DNA of 64,000 nucleotides from Blastomonas sp. (GCF_030373265.1 NZ_JAUCZC010000007.1:65456-129455); one strand, 5' to 3'. Shown: positions 27,547 to 37,317, numbered from the stretch's first letter. Notes: generated by a model not told the origin, from the letters alone. Program-made: numbers and translations.

Positions 27547-27720
27547 TCAGGTTACCTTTTTGTAGATGAAGGTACCGATGACGAACAGGGCGACGGCTAT
27601 CACCACCGCGATCCAGAACAGGATTTTAGCAAGGTCCCAGGCGAAGCCAGCCAGTCCGCCAAAACCCAGCACCCCCAGAACAAGTGCAATGATCGCGAAA
27701 ATGAGGGCGGCTCTAAGCAT
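27547..27720 (-). CDS. DUF1328/UPF0391 small membrane protein (57 aa), absent from the ORF track
   Basis: My manual translation gives MLRAALIFAIIALVLGVLGFGGLAGFAWDLAKILFWIAVVIAVALFVIGTFIYKKVT, the characteristic two-TM YtjA-like pattern. ATG at 27720, TGA at 27547. Confidence 0.7.
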   Translation of the reverse strand: MLRAALIFAIIALVLGVLGFGGLAGFAWDLAKILFWIAVVIAVALFVIGTFIYKKVT

Positions 27721-27835
27721 GGGAAGTCCTTCCAGCGGCGGTTGGCAATAACGTTTCGATTTACGTTACGCGACGCTGCGCCGAAAGGTTCCCCACCAGC
27801 GACGGTTGCCTGTCATCAGGCGAACGCTTTAGGCC

Positions 27836-28180
27836 TTAGATGGAGAAACTCGACCCGCAGCCGCAGCCGGAGGCAGCGTTCGGGTTGGTAACCTGAAAGG
27901 CAGAACCACCGAGCGATTCAACAAAGTCGACCGCGCTGCCGCGTACCAGATCGAGGCTCATCTCGTCCACAACGAGCGACACGCCGTCCTGGACCGCGAT
28001 GGTATCCCCTTCCTCGGCAGCATCCGCCAGACCGAAGCGGTACTGGAACCCCGAGCACCCTCCGCCTTCGACCGACAGCCGAAGCACGGCCGGCTTGCCC
28101 TGCTTCGCGGCAATCGCCGCGACGCGGTTCGCGGCACTTGGGGTGAGGATGATATCGGCGGTGGCTGTCTGCTGGTCCAT
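27836..28180 (-). CDS. HesB/IscA/ErpA-family iron-sulfur cluster insertion protein
   Basis: 114 aa with LRLSVEGGGCSGFQY and the C-terminal CGCGSSFSI motif. Confidence 0.85.
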   Translation of the reverse strand: MDQQTATADIILTPSAANRVAAIAAKQGKPAVLRLSVEGGGCSGFQYRFGLADAAEEGDTIAVQDGVSLVVDEMSLDLVRGSAVDFVESLGGSAFQVTNPNAASGCGCGSSFSI

Positions 28181-28325
28181 GGCTTCAACATAAGCCTTTC
28201 GGCTCGCAGCGACAAGCGGCGTGCATCAAATGCCCAACTTCGCTGTGCGCGCCAGACACAAAAAAGGGGCCGGTCCGAAGACCGACCCCGATTTTGTTGC
28301 CAGATCTTGCGATCCAGCGAGTGGC

Positions 28326-29441
28326 TTACATGCCCGAACCCGGACCGTACGTGATTTCCACGCGACGGTTCTGAAGTTCGCGAACGCCATCGGCGGTCTG
28401 CACGCGGTTCTGGGTTTCCCCGAAAGCCTGAGTGCTGATCGCGCTTGCCGGGATGTTCCGCGAGACCAGGTAGGCCTTGACGGATTCGGCGCGGCGCTGA
28501 GACAGACCAACGTTGTAGGTAGCCGGACCCGAACGGTCGGCGTGACCTGCCAGCATGACCGGAACCGAACCACAGCTGCCATAGGCTGCCACGGCGTTGT
28601 CCAGAATGGTCGCTGCTTCCGGCGTGATGTTCGACTTATCGAAGTCGAAGAACACGATGTACGGACCCTTCTCGCAAACCGGCGGAGGCGGCGGCGGAGG
28701 AGGCGGCGGGGGAGGCGGGGGCGGCGGGGGCGGCGGCGGCGGGGGAGGCGGCGGAGCCACTTCTTCACCACCGAAGTTGTAGATGATGCTGCCCAGGACC
28801 GAGTGGCTGCGGAAGCGGCCATCGAAATCACGTCCGGCGCTATCGATCAGGCTGACCGAATCGCTGTTGAAGAAGCGATACTTCAGACCAACGTCCCAGC
28901 TGTCGCTCAGCGGAGCGCGAACGCCTGCCAAGATCTGCCAAGCAAAGCCGGTGTCGGAATCGTCGACAAAACGACCGGTGCCGGGCTGGGTCGAACCGTT
29001 GATGTCGGTACGAGCCACGCCGACGCCGCCGCCGACAAAGCCCTGAAGGCCGTCATCGGGGCCGAAGTCGACCAAGCCGTTGAGCATGAACGAAAGCACG
29101 TTCGCGCTGCCGACTGCGTCAAAGCGACCAGTCTGGAGCGGACCGACGCCACGCGAGATGCCGACGCCATTGGCCTGAACGCCGTTGATATCAGCTTCAC
29201 GATAGCTGACTTCGGCTTCCATACGGAACGGACCGAAATCGTAACCCACGATGCCGCCGACATCATAACCGGTTCTGGTATCGGCGACCACAGCATTGCT
29301 GACCGCACCGACATCAAATTCGATGTCCTCGACGAGCATGGCGCCGCCTTCGACGCCAACATACCACTGGCCATCACGGGCAAGCGCCGGTGTGGTCAGG
29401 GCGGTAGATGCCAACGCCAGTCCTATGACTAACTTTCGCAT
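28326..29441 (-). CDS. OmpA-family outer membrane protein (beta-barrel, poly-Pro hinge, OmpA C-terminal domain)
   Basis: Real start is ATG 29441 (MRKLVIGLALASTALTTPALA signal peptide), giving 371 aa. The C-terminus has LAGHADRSGPATYNVGLSQRRAESV, a peptidoglycan-binding motif. Confidence 0.85.
   Translation of the reverse strand: MRKLVIGLALASTALTTPALARDGQWYVGVEGGAMLVEDIEFDVGAVSNAVVADTRTGYDVGGIVGYDFGPFRMEAEVSYREADINGVQANGVGISRGVGPLQTGRFDAVGSANVLSFMLNGLVDFGPDDGLQGFVGGGVGVARTDINGSTQPGTGRFVDDSDTGFAWQILAGVRAPLSDSWDVGLKYRFFNSDSVSLIDSAGRDFDGRFRSHSVLGSIIYNFGGEEVAPPPPPPPPPPPPPPPPPPPPPPPPPVCEKGPYIVFFDFDKSNITPEAATILDNAVAAYGSCGSVPVMLAGHADRSGPATYNVGLSQRRAESVKAYLVSRNIPASAISTQAFGETQNRVQTADGVRELQNRRVEITYGPGSGM
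28681..28755. repeat. 25 consecutive proline codons (imperfect GGN/CCN repeat) in the OmpA hinge
   Basis: The + strand reads 25 successive GGC/GGA/GGG triplets, which are CCN codons on the coding strand. Confidence 0.9.
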
Positions 29442-29633
29442 AGATATTCCCCTTATAATTAGGATTTGGAAACGACAACTCGGCAACGTTACTAACCCCA
29501 ACAAGGTTGCCACGCAAGCGCGGTTTTGCCGATAGTGTTGCCGAAATGTCGCCATTTCAGGGGGTGCCTGACAAAAAAAGGCGTTGCTGGCGTACCAGCG
29601 GCGACGATGCACGCATCGGCCTCGCCCAGCGAA

Positions 29634-30679
29634 TCATAGTCCCATAATACCCATGAGATCAATCGTGTAGCGTTGATCAATTCCAGGTCGCGCAGCGCCG
29701 ACAGCAGCGCTGCCACCGTCGACCGTGCCTGGGTATAGACGATGTCTCCGCCTGCAGGGCCGCAGACCGCGGCCGGCGTTATCCACGTAATGCCACCAAA
29801 GATCCGAACGATGGCGCTGGTCCGTTCCAAAGACCCGCATTTTGACGGCGGGCGGCGCAAACCGCCAGCCGCCGGCAGTGAAGACGTCCATTGCAGTTGC
29901 GTGGTAAGCTAAAAGGCTGACGGGCGAAGGCCCGACAATCCATGCTTGCCTGCATCGGCATTTACCCCGTCCGGGATCAGCCGCCATCCCTTCGACACAG
30001 CCGCACCACGCATCGATCACCACGAGCGCCTCGTTGTTCGTGATTTCCTTTTGCGACTCCGAGGCGAACTCGGCTGTTGTGGACCGCGCAAAATTTCGCG
30101 CTCGGCGGCCGAGCACAGCGTCGCCTGCGCCCCGCCCGGTCAGCGCAGGCGGCGCAGCGACGGTTTCCAGCGCGGGCATATGGCGGCCGATGCAATCGGC
30201 CAGCAACCCGTTTTGTCCCTCAACCATCACTTTGCGCGCTTCGCCCGGACTGGCTCCGACCAAAGTGGATCGGGCTTCGCTTCGCCATTCGCGCGAGCCC
30301 ACTCGGCGCCCGCCCGCGTCTTGCCAAAGCCCCTCCCCGCCATGGTCAGCCATATCCACCACGGGCCAAGCGGCGCGATCTGCCTGGGCCGTGCCCAGAA
30401 GGGCCAGCAGCGCACAAGCCCTGAGCCCCCGAGCGTCATCGTATTGGGTCGCATTGCCAATGCTGGCATCAGGGCGCCTGACCGGTTTTGCGCGCCGCGC
30501 CTCGCGGTGTTAAGCATCCGGAGCTCAAGGTCGCCATGGTCGGCAGCGATCGCGTTTTGCCGCCCGCTGCGAAACGCCGGACTGCTCACGCGCAGCCAAT
30601 GCACCGCTGAGCGCGACACTCCGGCACGCTTCGCCGCGACCGAACGGTTGAACGCTTCGGCCAGATGATCGAGGAACAC
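29634..30679 (-). pseudogene. decayed GTA/phage remnant: HTH small-terminase-like N-terminus, large-terminase Walker-A fragment, DUF2793-like fragment
   Basis: ORF 30227..30679 has WIWLTMAGRGFGKTRAGAEWA (large-terminase P-loop as in RcGTA-type clusters), then terminates. The out-of-frame ORF 29634..30362 continues with ARKVMVEGQNGLLA. It then carries SQKEITNNEALVVIDAW and GGWRFAPP, which resemble the DUF2793 N-terminus. No other head or tail genes are nearby. Confidence 0.5.
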
Positions 30680-30852
30680 CCACAGGCAATCCTCTTATAT
30701 CAAATCGGACAACAGGCGTATCCGCAAGGGGCCGGGCATGTCGCACGGCATCGCCAATCCCGATCACGCGATCGACCCGATCCTCTCTTTCGCAATGTTC
30801 CTGTCTTACTCCTGATCAGCATCACAAAGTTGACAGTAAACCTATACGGTTA

Positions 30853-31386
30853 TCAATAGAGCCCATCAGGTGGTGCGGGGTCATGCAGCTGGTTCAGTCG
30901 GCGCAGCGCAACGCAGGCCAATCTGGCGGTTTCGCTCTTGCGCCGAGCCGGAGCGAGGGGCCGGGTAGACGCGGGGCGAATGATCTCTGCGTCATAGGCA
31001 TCGGCAATGATCAGCCCCGTCGTCTCGGGTAGGAAGGCGGGCAACTGGACCAAGCCCGAATCCAGTGTCGGAGGAAGGCCCCAATAGAAGCGATCGCAAT
31101 GATCGAGATATTCGGGCCATTTGGCATCGCCCAGCAGATCGGCGCGTGCGACCTTGATTTCGACGATTACGATTGCGCCACGCGAATCGATTCCCATCAG
31201 GTCGGCCCGGCGGCCGTTGGGCAGCGCGATTTCGGGCGCCACCCAGATCTGGTTGCGGCGGAAAAGGCGCGCTATGCCCCGCGCCACCGCCGCTGCGCCC
31301 TGCGGCGGGCCGCAGCTATCGATCGGCGCCTGCAGAGATTGGGTATCTGCCGGAACAGACATGTGATGGAGCACGGCGTCGGTCAT
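30853..31386 (-). CDS. MmcB-family DNA repair protein (DUF1052-like)
   Basis: 177 aa. RRADLMGIDSRGAIVIVEIKVARADLLGDAKWPEYLDHCDRFYW looks like a restriction-endonuclease-like fold motif (D...E-x-K). Confidence 0.55.
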   Translation of the reverse strand: MTDAVLHHMSVPADTQSLQAPIDSCGPPQGAAAVARGIARLFRRNQIWVAPEIALPNGRRADLMGIDSRGAIVIVEIKVARADLLGDAKWPEYLDHCDRFYWGLPPTLDSGLVQLPAFLPETTGLIIADAYDAEIIRPASTRPLAPARRKSETARLACVALRRLNQLHDPAPPDGLY

Positions 31387-31466
31387 GCCGCAGCCCTAAT
31401 ACAAAACAAGAACAAATGAAAGTCTGCGGTGCAAGCCCCATTGGAAAGCTGGGCGGGATCGCGCGA

Positions 31467-31853
31467 TCAGAGGAGCGGTGGGTATCCAGCATCGGCCAGG
31501 ATCTGCCGATAAGCCTCGTCGGATTCCGTGTGGAGCAGTCGGGCGGCAGCGTGGCTAAACCGTCCTTCCGCCCGCGCCTTGTCGAGCGCCATGATTCCTG
31601 CCTGCAGGACAACCCCCAGTGTCTCGAGGTCGTAGGCAACGATCCGCCGGAGCTCAGGTGACAACGCGACCAGCAATCCGGACAGGTCCGCGCCCAGTGC
31701 CAGCGGGTCGGTGGCGGGTTTCAGCGGGCACCCTGCCAGCCGCGCGACGGTTGCCATAACCGGTGCGAGCGCCTCGACTCGCGCAGTGATGCCCTGCGTC
31801 TCGGCGCTTGCATCGGCATCAGCAGCCAGAATCGGGGCGAGTGGGGCGAACAT
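31467..31853 (-). CDS. hypothetical protein (128 aa)
   Basis: Clean ORF with plausible composition in a gap between annotated genes. I recognise no motif. Confidence 0.35.
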   Translation of the reverse strand: MFAPLAPILAADADASAETQGITARVEALAPVMATVARLAGCPLKPATDPLALGADLSGLLVALSPELRRIVAYDLETLGVVLQAGIMALDKARAEGRFSHAAARLLHTESDEAYRQILADAGYPPLL

Positions 31854-32110
31854 GGGAATCAGTCATAGCCAGACGGGGTTAACACCTCTCTAAAGGTCCG
31901 ATGCGGGCACTTCATCGTGGCGAGAAAGACACAATCTTTCGCCAAACTTGATGTTTTTAGCATTTTCCTCTTGTGCAGCGCAGCATGACACGGCAGCATT
32001 ACTGTCGCTGATCATGAGCACCCCAATCTAGCGCCCAGGGACGCTGTATTAAAAGAGGGTCGCCATCGCAGCGCAGGCGGGACGAAACGCATCCAGTTGA
32101 AAGGAAAAAC

Positions 32111-32953
32111 ATGCGTACGTCCAAATTCCATCGGGGCCTTGCTGGCCTCGCCATCCTCATATCGTCGGCCGTTGCCACCCCTGCGTTCGCGCAGGAGGAA
32201 GAGGCATCGCCGCCGGTCACCATCTCGGGCTCTGTCGGTCTTGTTTCGGACTATCGCTTTCGCGGCGTATCGCAGTCCGATGAAGGCGTCGCGATCCAGG
32301 GCGGTTTCACCGTCAGCCATGAATCGGGCTTCTATGCCGGCACATGGGGGTCCAACCTCGCAGGCTGGGGAACCTTCGGCGGACCGAACCTCGAGGTCGA
32401 TCTGTTCGCAGGCTATGCAACGACTGTCGGTTCTGCCGGCATCGACGTCGGCGTTACTTGGTACATGTACCCCGACGGCTTCGACAACACCGACTTTTTT
32501 GAAGGCTATGCCAAGCTCAAGGGCACGGCCGGGCCGGTCGGGCTGACGGCGGCTGTGTATTATGCGCCCAAGCAGGAAGCGCTGGGCAACTTCTCTGCCA
32601 CACCGTTCAGCCGCGGACAGAAGCAGGACAACCTGTATCTCGCAGGGGACGCGGCGATCGCCATCCCCGACACACCGCTGACGCTGACCGCGCATATCGG
32701 CTATTCGGACGGCAACCCCGGCCTCGGCCCAAATGGCACCAGTATCGCCCCAACCGGCAAATACTGGGACTATTCGTTTGGGGCAGCGGTCAACGTCTAT
32801 GGGCCACTGACCCTCAGTGTCACCTATGTCGACACCGACATCACCCGCGCCGAATCGGCCTATCTGTTGCCCAACTTCCAGAAGTTCCGCAACGGTGGCG
32901 GCGGACAGATTGCCGACTCGGCAATTGTTTTCGGGGTAACCGCAGCGTTCTGA
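32111..32953 (+). CDS. TorF-family putative outer membrane porin (TIGR02001-like)
   Basis: 280 aa with signal peptide LAILISSAVATPAFAQ, GSVGLVSDYRFRGVSQSD and GFYAGTWGSN motifs, and a terminal aromatic residue (AAF). Confidence 0.7.
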   Translation: MRTSKFHRGLAGLAILISSAVATPAFAQEEEASPPVTISGSVGLVSDYRFRGVSQSDEGVAIQGGFTVSHESGFYAGTWGSNLAGWGTFGGPNLEVDLFAGYATTVGSAGIDVGVTWYMYPDGFDNTDFFEGYAKLKGTAGPVGLTAAVYYAPKQEALGNFSATPFSRGQKQDNLYLAGDAAIAIPDTPLTLTAHIGYSDGNPGLGPNGTSIAPTGKYWDYSFGAAVNVYGPLTLSVTYVDTDITRAESAYLLPNFQKFRNGGGGQIADSAIVFGVTAAF

Positions 32954-32990
32954 TCCACGCCTGACTTCAAATGCTTTCCTTTGGGGGGAT

Positions 32991-33029
32991 GGCCGCATCT
33001 GTCTGCGACGGGTGCGGCCAGTCTTTTTT
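32991..33029 (+). terminator. rho-independent terminator after the porin gene
   Basis: GGCCGCA-(15 nt)-TGCGGCC followed by AGTCTTTTTT. A second hairpin GGTTTGC...GCAAACC follows at about 33033-33054. Confidence 0.65.
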
Positions 33030-33084
33030 GGTCGGTTTGCTTTGTTTGGCAAACCGGCGGCTTTTTCGCTAAAGGCCGGGGCGC

Positions 33085-33825
33085 ATGACCAGATTGCGCC
33101 TTGCCACCACGACACCGGGAGAGCCCGAGATATTCCATTCGCTGCAGGGCGAGGGGATATCCGCAGGCAGGCCGTCGGTGTTCGTTCGCCTGTCGGGATG
33201 CAATCTCGCCTGTCAGTGGTGCGATACGCCCTACACCTGGTATTTTACGGGCCATCCGGGCAAGCATCGCGGGGACCAGACCTACCAGCGCCGCGACAAC
33301 AGCGTGACCCTCGATATCGCCGATGTGGCCGATCAAATCGCTGCCCATGAGTGCCGGCATATCGTCTTCACCGGCGGCGAGCCGCTGCTGCAGCAGCCCG
33401 CACTCGCGGCGCTGTGCGATCTTTTGGGGCCGGATTATCATATTGAGATCGAGAGCAACGGCACGGTCGCGCTGGCAGCGGGCTTTGATCGCCATGTCGA
33501 TCAGCTCAACCTGTCACCCAAGCTTGCGCATTCAGGCAATGATCCGGGCCTGCGGATGAATGAGGCAGCGCTGGTGGCCTATGCCCGCGACACCCGCGCT
33601 TGGTTCAAGTTCGTTGTCGCCCAGCCGCACGATGCGGAAGAGATCACCGCTTTGGCCGACCGCTGCGGCATCGCTTCGGACCGCATCCTGCTGATGCCCG
33701 AAGGCACCTGCGCGACCGATCTGCACGCACGCAGCCGCTGGCTGGGGCCCTTGTGTCTCGAGCGTGGCTGGCGCTTCACCGACCGGCTGCACATCCATCT
33801 GTATGGCGATACGCGCGGAACATGA
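33085..33825 (+). CDS. queE: 7-carboxy-7-deazaguanine synthase (radical SAM)
   Basis: 246 aa with the GEGISAGRPSVFVRLSGCNLACQWCDTPYTW cluster motif typical of QueE. Confidence 0.85.
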   Translation: MTRLRLATTTPGEPEIFHSLQGEGISAGRPSVFVRLSGCNLACQWCDTPYTWYFTGHPGKHRGDQTYQRRDNSVTLDIADVADQIAAHECRHIVFTGGEPLLQQPALAALCDLLGPDYHIEIESNGTVALAAGFDRHVDQLNLSPKLAHSGNDPGLRMNEAALVAYARDTRAWFKFVVAQPHDAEEITALADRCGIASDRILLMPEGTCATDLHARSRWLGPLCLERGWRFTDRLHIHLYGDTRGT

Positions 33826-35532
33826 TCAGCGTAGGGCAGTGAGGTTGCCCTGATTGCGCCAGCGGCCGACAACACGGGCGACCATCTCCTCTTCGCCGCC
33901 GTGCTGACACCACAACGTGCTGAACAGTGGATCGTCCGATGCCGGGCGGCGGGCCTCGGCCAGATCGTCGAACGACACGCGAATCGGGATCGACACGCCC
34001 TCGCCGCAAATGATGCACTCACGGTTGCGCAGCGCGGGGATCGAATCGAGAAAGCCACGTGCCCCTTCGGGCATCGCCGAGCGGACATGCGCCTGGTCGC
34101 GGTCGTTGTTCAAACGCATCGCGATGATGGTGCCACACTGCGACAGCACCCCTTCGGAAAGATCGGACGGACGCTGGGTGATCAGGCCGAGCGATACGCC
34201 GTATTTGCGGCCCTCCTTGGCGATGCGGCTGAGCACATTGCGCACCGCGCTGTGTTCGAGCACCCGGTCGGAAGGAATGTAGCGGTGCGCCTCTTCGCAC
34301 ACCAGCAGCACCGGGGTGATCTTGTCCTTGCGGCTCCAGATCGCAAAGTCGAACACCATACGGCTGAGAACGGCGACAACCGTCGAGGTAATGTCGGAAG
34401 GAACGCCGGACACATCGATGATCGAGATCGGCTTGCCATCGGCGGGCAGGCGGAAAATCCTGCCGATGAAGTCGGCCATATTGTCCCCAACTAGCATGCC
34501 GGAGAACATGAAGCTGTAGCGCGGATCGGCCTTGATCTCCTCGATCTTGCCCTTGATCCGCAGGAACGGCGCGCTCGATGTCGCCTTGTCCAGCCTGCCC
34601 ATCTCGTTCTGGATGTTGGCGACAAGGTCGGACAGCATATAAGGAATGGGGGTATCGACCGTCACGCGCGAGGCGCCCTGCGCCGCCCTGCCCTTCAGCC
34701 GCGCGGTCAGCAGGCACTTGGCCAGAATTTCGGCATCGGTCTGCCGCTCGGCGCCCGAGGAGGTGAGGAACACCTCGCAATGCTCCTCGAAATTCATCAG
34801 CCAATAGGGCATCGACAGATTGCCGACATCGAACAGCGCGCCATTTTCGGCAAAGGCAGTGGAATACTCGCCATGGGGATCGACCATCACGATATGGCCT
34901 TCGGGCATCATATCGCAGATGCGGTGAAGGATCAGCGCGGCAGCGGTCGATTTTCCGGTGCCTGTGGACCCAAGCAGTGCAAAGTGCTTGCTCAGCAGCG
35001 CGTCAACATACAGTGCCCCGCGGGTGTCCAGGGTCGGATAGACCGTTCCCACCTCGATATGCGGACGGGCATCGGCAGCGTAGACCTGTTTCAGGTCGGC
35101 GCTGGTCATCGCGAAGAGCGGCGTTCCGGGGACCGGATAGCGTGTCACCCCGCGCCGGAAGTTGAAGATTCGCCCGGTCAGCTTTTCCTCTTCGCCCTCG
35201 CCGAGAAAATCGATCTGGCAGACGATCAGTCCGGCTTCGCGCTGGTGCATCCGCTGCGTGCGGACATTGGCCACCAGCCAGCGTGCACCCATGCGGATCT
35301 TGACCTGGCTACCCACCTGGCCTGCCATCGACACGCTGGGATCCTTGTGCGTCATCAGCGTGGCAAGGCGACTGGCATCGAGCAGCACCTGCGAGCTCGA
35401 CCCGGCAATTTCGATGACCTCGCCGATCTTGAGATGCTCGACAGGACGGTGGACCGTCCGCTCCAGCGAGGGAAGGTCGGCAGGGTCGGCTGGTGCGCGA
35501 TCCTGGAAATTGCGGGGATTAAGTTCAACCAT
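33826..35532 (-). CDS. HerA-like/DUF87 P-loop ATPase
   Basis: 568 aa with an N-terminal barrel-like region, Walker A LLGSTGTGKST and Walker B PVLLVCEEAHRYI. Its stop abuts the queE stop. Confidence 0.7.
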   Translation of the reverse strand: MVELNPRNFQDRAPADPADLPSLERTVHRPVEHLKIGEVIEIAGSSSQVLLDASRLATLMTHKDPSVSMAGQVGSQVKIRMGARWLVANVRTQRMHQREAGLIVCQIDFLGEGEEEKLTGRIFNFRRGVTRYPVPGTPLFAMTSADLKQVYAADARPHIEVGTVYPTLDTRGALYVDALLSKHFALLGSTGTGKSTAAALILHRICDMMPEGHIVMVDPHGEYSTAFAENGALFDVGNLSMPYWLMNFEEHCEVFLTSSGAERQTDAEILAKCLLTARLKGRAAQGASRVTVDTPIPYMLSDLVANIQNEMGRLDKATSSAPFLRIKGKIEEIKADPRYSFMFSGMLVGDNMADFIGRIFRLPADGKPISIIDVSGVPSDITSTVVAVLSRMVFDFAIWSRKDKITPVLLVCEEAHRYIPSDRVLEHSAVRNVLSRIAKEGRKYGVSLGLITQRPSDLSEGVLSQCGTIIAMRLNNDRDQAHVRSAMPEGARGFLDSIPALRNRECIICGEGVSIPIRVSFDDLAEARRPASDDPLFSTLWCQHGGEEEMVARVVGRWRNQGNLTALR

Positions 35533-35638
35533 CGCGCCGTCCGGAGCCTTTCTGAAGCAGGTACACCCCGCTCTCTAACCGGATTGGGTAAATTTTCCCT
35601 CTATGCTGAATGGCTTGGATGGACGGCAGAAACCCGCA

Positions 35639-36403
35639 TCAAATCTTGCGGAACACCACGCCGCCCAGCCAGCCGAGCAACAGGGAGATCAGCACGGCAC
35701 TGACGCCATAAAAAAAGGGCTGATATTCCGCCATCGTCGCCACAAACCGTTCGAAGCCAAACTTGCGGATCTCGATCTCACGCACCGCTGCGGCGAGAAC
35801 CTGACCATCCCGGACGAGAAACGTCTCTGCCGTGTAGGTGCCTGTGGGAACACTGGCGGGAATCGAAAGCCGTGCCTGATACAGCACGCCTTCCAGGATC
35901 TCGACGCTGCCTTCCTGCTGCTTGTAAAGCCCTTCGCGCCGGTTGAGGTCGACCAACCCGGCCAGAAAGCGCTGCTGCTCCTTGGGATCGATCGAGCCGG
36001 CGGGCGACAGCTGCAGGTTGGGCAGGCCGAATTCGTAAATGGCTGCGGTGCGCTCATCGACGATCTTTTCGATCGGGCGCGACGAGGCCAAGGCGTAATA
36101 TCCGGGTGCCGAACGGAATTCGGTGCTTGCAGCGTTGATCCATATCCCTGCTATCTGCTGCTTCTCGCGCAGGATGATCGACTGCGGCGGGCCCTTGAGG
36201 ATCACCACAATATCGCTGTTGCCCGAAGGCGGGGTACCGCCGGGGTAGACGATCGCGCCGAACAGCAGCAGCTCTGCGCCGGTAAAGCCGTACTGGATCT
36301 GGATGTCGCGCTGCGACACTTCGGGCACCAGCACCGGTTCGGTCGCAGCAGAGGTCATCAGCCACGTCCCCAGCAGCAGGGCCAACCACCGCAGCGCGCT
36401 CAT
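35639..36403 (-). CDS. TIGR02186-family membrane-anchored protein
   Basis: Real start is ATG 36403 (MSALRWLALLLGTWLMTSAA signal peptide), giving 254 aa with a C-terminal TM. It overlaps the upstream TauE gene stop by ATGA. The rest of track ORF 35639..37447 is spurious. Confidence 0.6.
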   Translation of the reverse strand: MSALRWLALLLGTWLMTSAATEPVLVPEVSQRDIQIQYGFTGAELLLFGAIVYPGGTPPSGNSDIVVILKGPPQSIILREKQQIAGIWINAASTEFRSAPGYYALASSRPIEKIVDERTAAIYEFGLPNLQLSPAGSIDPKEQQRFLAGLVDLNRREGLYKQQEGSVEILEGVLYQARLSIPASVPTGTYTAETFLVRDGQVLAAAVREIEIRKFGFERFVATMAEYQPFFYGVSAVLISLLLGWLGGVVFRKI

Positions 36404-37317
36404 GGCAGCAACTCTACCGAATAGATTTCCGCCGGGCGGAAGCCCAGCCCGATCCCCAACCGCAAAGCCACCAGCAGCACCAGCACCGACAGCAGCAGTC
36501 GCAGATATTCGGGCGGCAGCTTCTGCGCGAAACGCGCTCCGATCTGCGCGCCGGTGACGCTGCCGATCAGCAGCAGCACTGCAAGCACGATGTCCACCGC
36601 TTTGGTGGTCAGGCTGTGGACCATGGTCGAGGCGAGGGTCACGAACAGGATCTGGAACAGCGAGGTACCGACCACGACCTGCGCGCCCATGCCCAGCAGA
36701 TACAGCATCGCAGGCACCATCACGAAGCCGCCGCCCACGCCCAGCAGGATCGTCAGGATACCCGTGGCAAAGCCCAGGATCAGCGGCGCGAGCGGCGAGA
36801 TGTACAGGCCCGAGCGATAAAACCGCCAGCGCAGCGGCAGGTTGGCGACCAGCGGGTGATGCCGCCGCTTCTTGGCGGGCAGCTTTTCGCCGCGCCGCAT
36901 CGCCAGCACGCTGGCCAGGCTTTCGCGCGCCATGATGCCGCCGATCGACCCTAGCAGCAGCACATAGACGATGTTGATCACGGTATCGATCTGGCCGAGC
37001 TGCTGCAGCGCCCGGAACAGCGCGGCGCCGGCAAACGTTCCGAATATCCCGCCGACCACCAGCACCCCGCCCATCTGGTAATCGACCCCCTTGCGGCGGC
37101 TGTAGGCGATGACGCCCGACACGCTCGATCCGGTGACCTGGGTGGAGGCGGAGGCCGCCGCCACGGTCGGCGGAATGCCGTAGAAGATCAGCAGCGGTGT
37201 GGTGAGAAATCCACCGCCCACCCCGAACATCCCCGACAGAATGCCTACAAGCCCGCCCAGCCCGATGATGACGAAGCCGTTGACCGAAAGATTCGCGATG
37301 GGAAGATAGACGTCCAT
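36400..37317 (-). CDS. TauE/SafE-family sulfite/anion exporter
   Basis: 305 aa polytopic membrane protein with repeated GxGGG motifs (GMFGVGGGFLTTPLL and LLGVGGGFVMVPAML). Confidence 0.8.
   Translation of the reverse strand: MDVYLPIANLSVNGFVIIGLGGLVGILSGMFGVGGGFLTTPLLIFYGIPPTVAAASASTQVTGSSVSGVIAYSRRKGVDYQMGGVLVVGGIFGTFAGAALFRALQQLGQIDTVINIVYVLLLGSIGGIMARESLASVLAMRRGEKLPAKKRRHHPLVANLPLRWRFYRSGLYISPLAPLILGFATGILTILLGVGGGFVMVPAMLYLLGMGAQVVVGTSLFQILFVTLASTMVHSLTTKAVDIVLAVLLLIGSVTGAQIGARFAQKLPPEYLRLLLSVLVLLVALRLGIGLGFRPAEIYSVELLP

Noticed and set aside
28221-29432. 403-aa plus-strand ORF with an [23 protein letters not shown] run
   Set aside because: It is the antisense reading of the OmpA gene, and the poly-Arg/Gly run is the reverse complement of the poly-Pro codons.
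32954-33084. preQ1-type riboswitch upstream of queE
   Set aside because: The region is explained by two terminator-like hairpins after the porin gene, and I could not recognise the compact preQ1 aptamer consensus. This cannot be excluded without a covariance-model scan.
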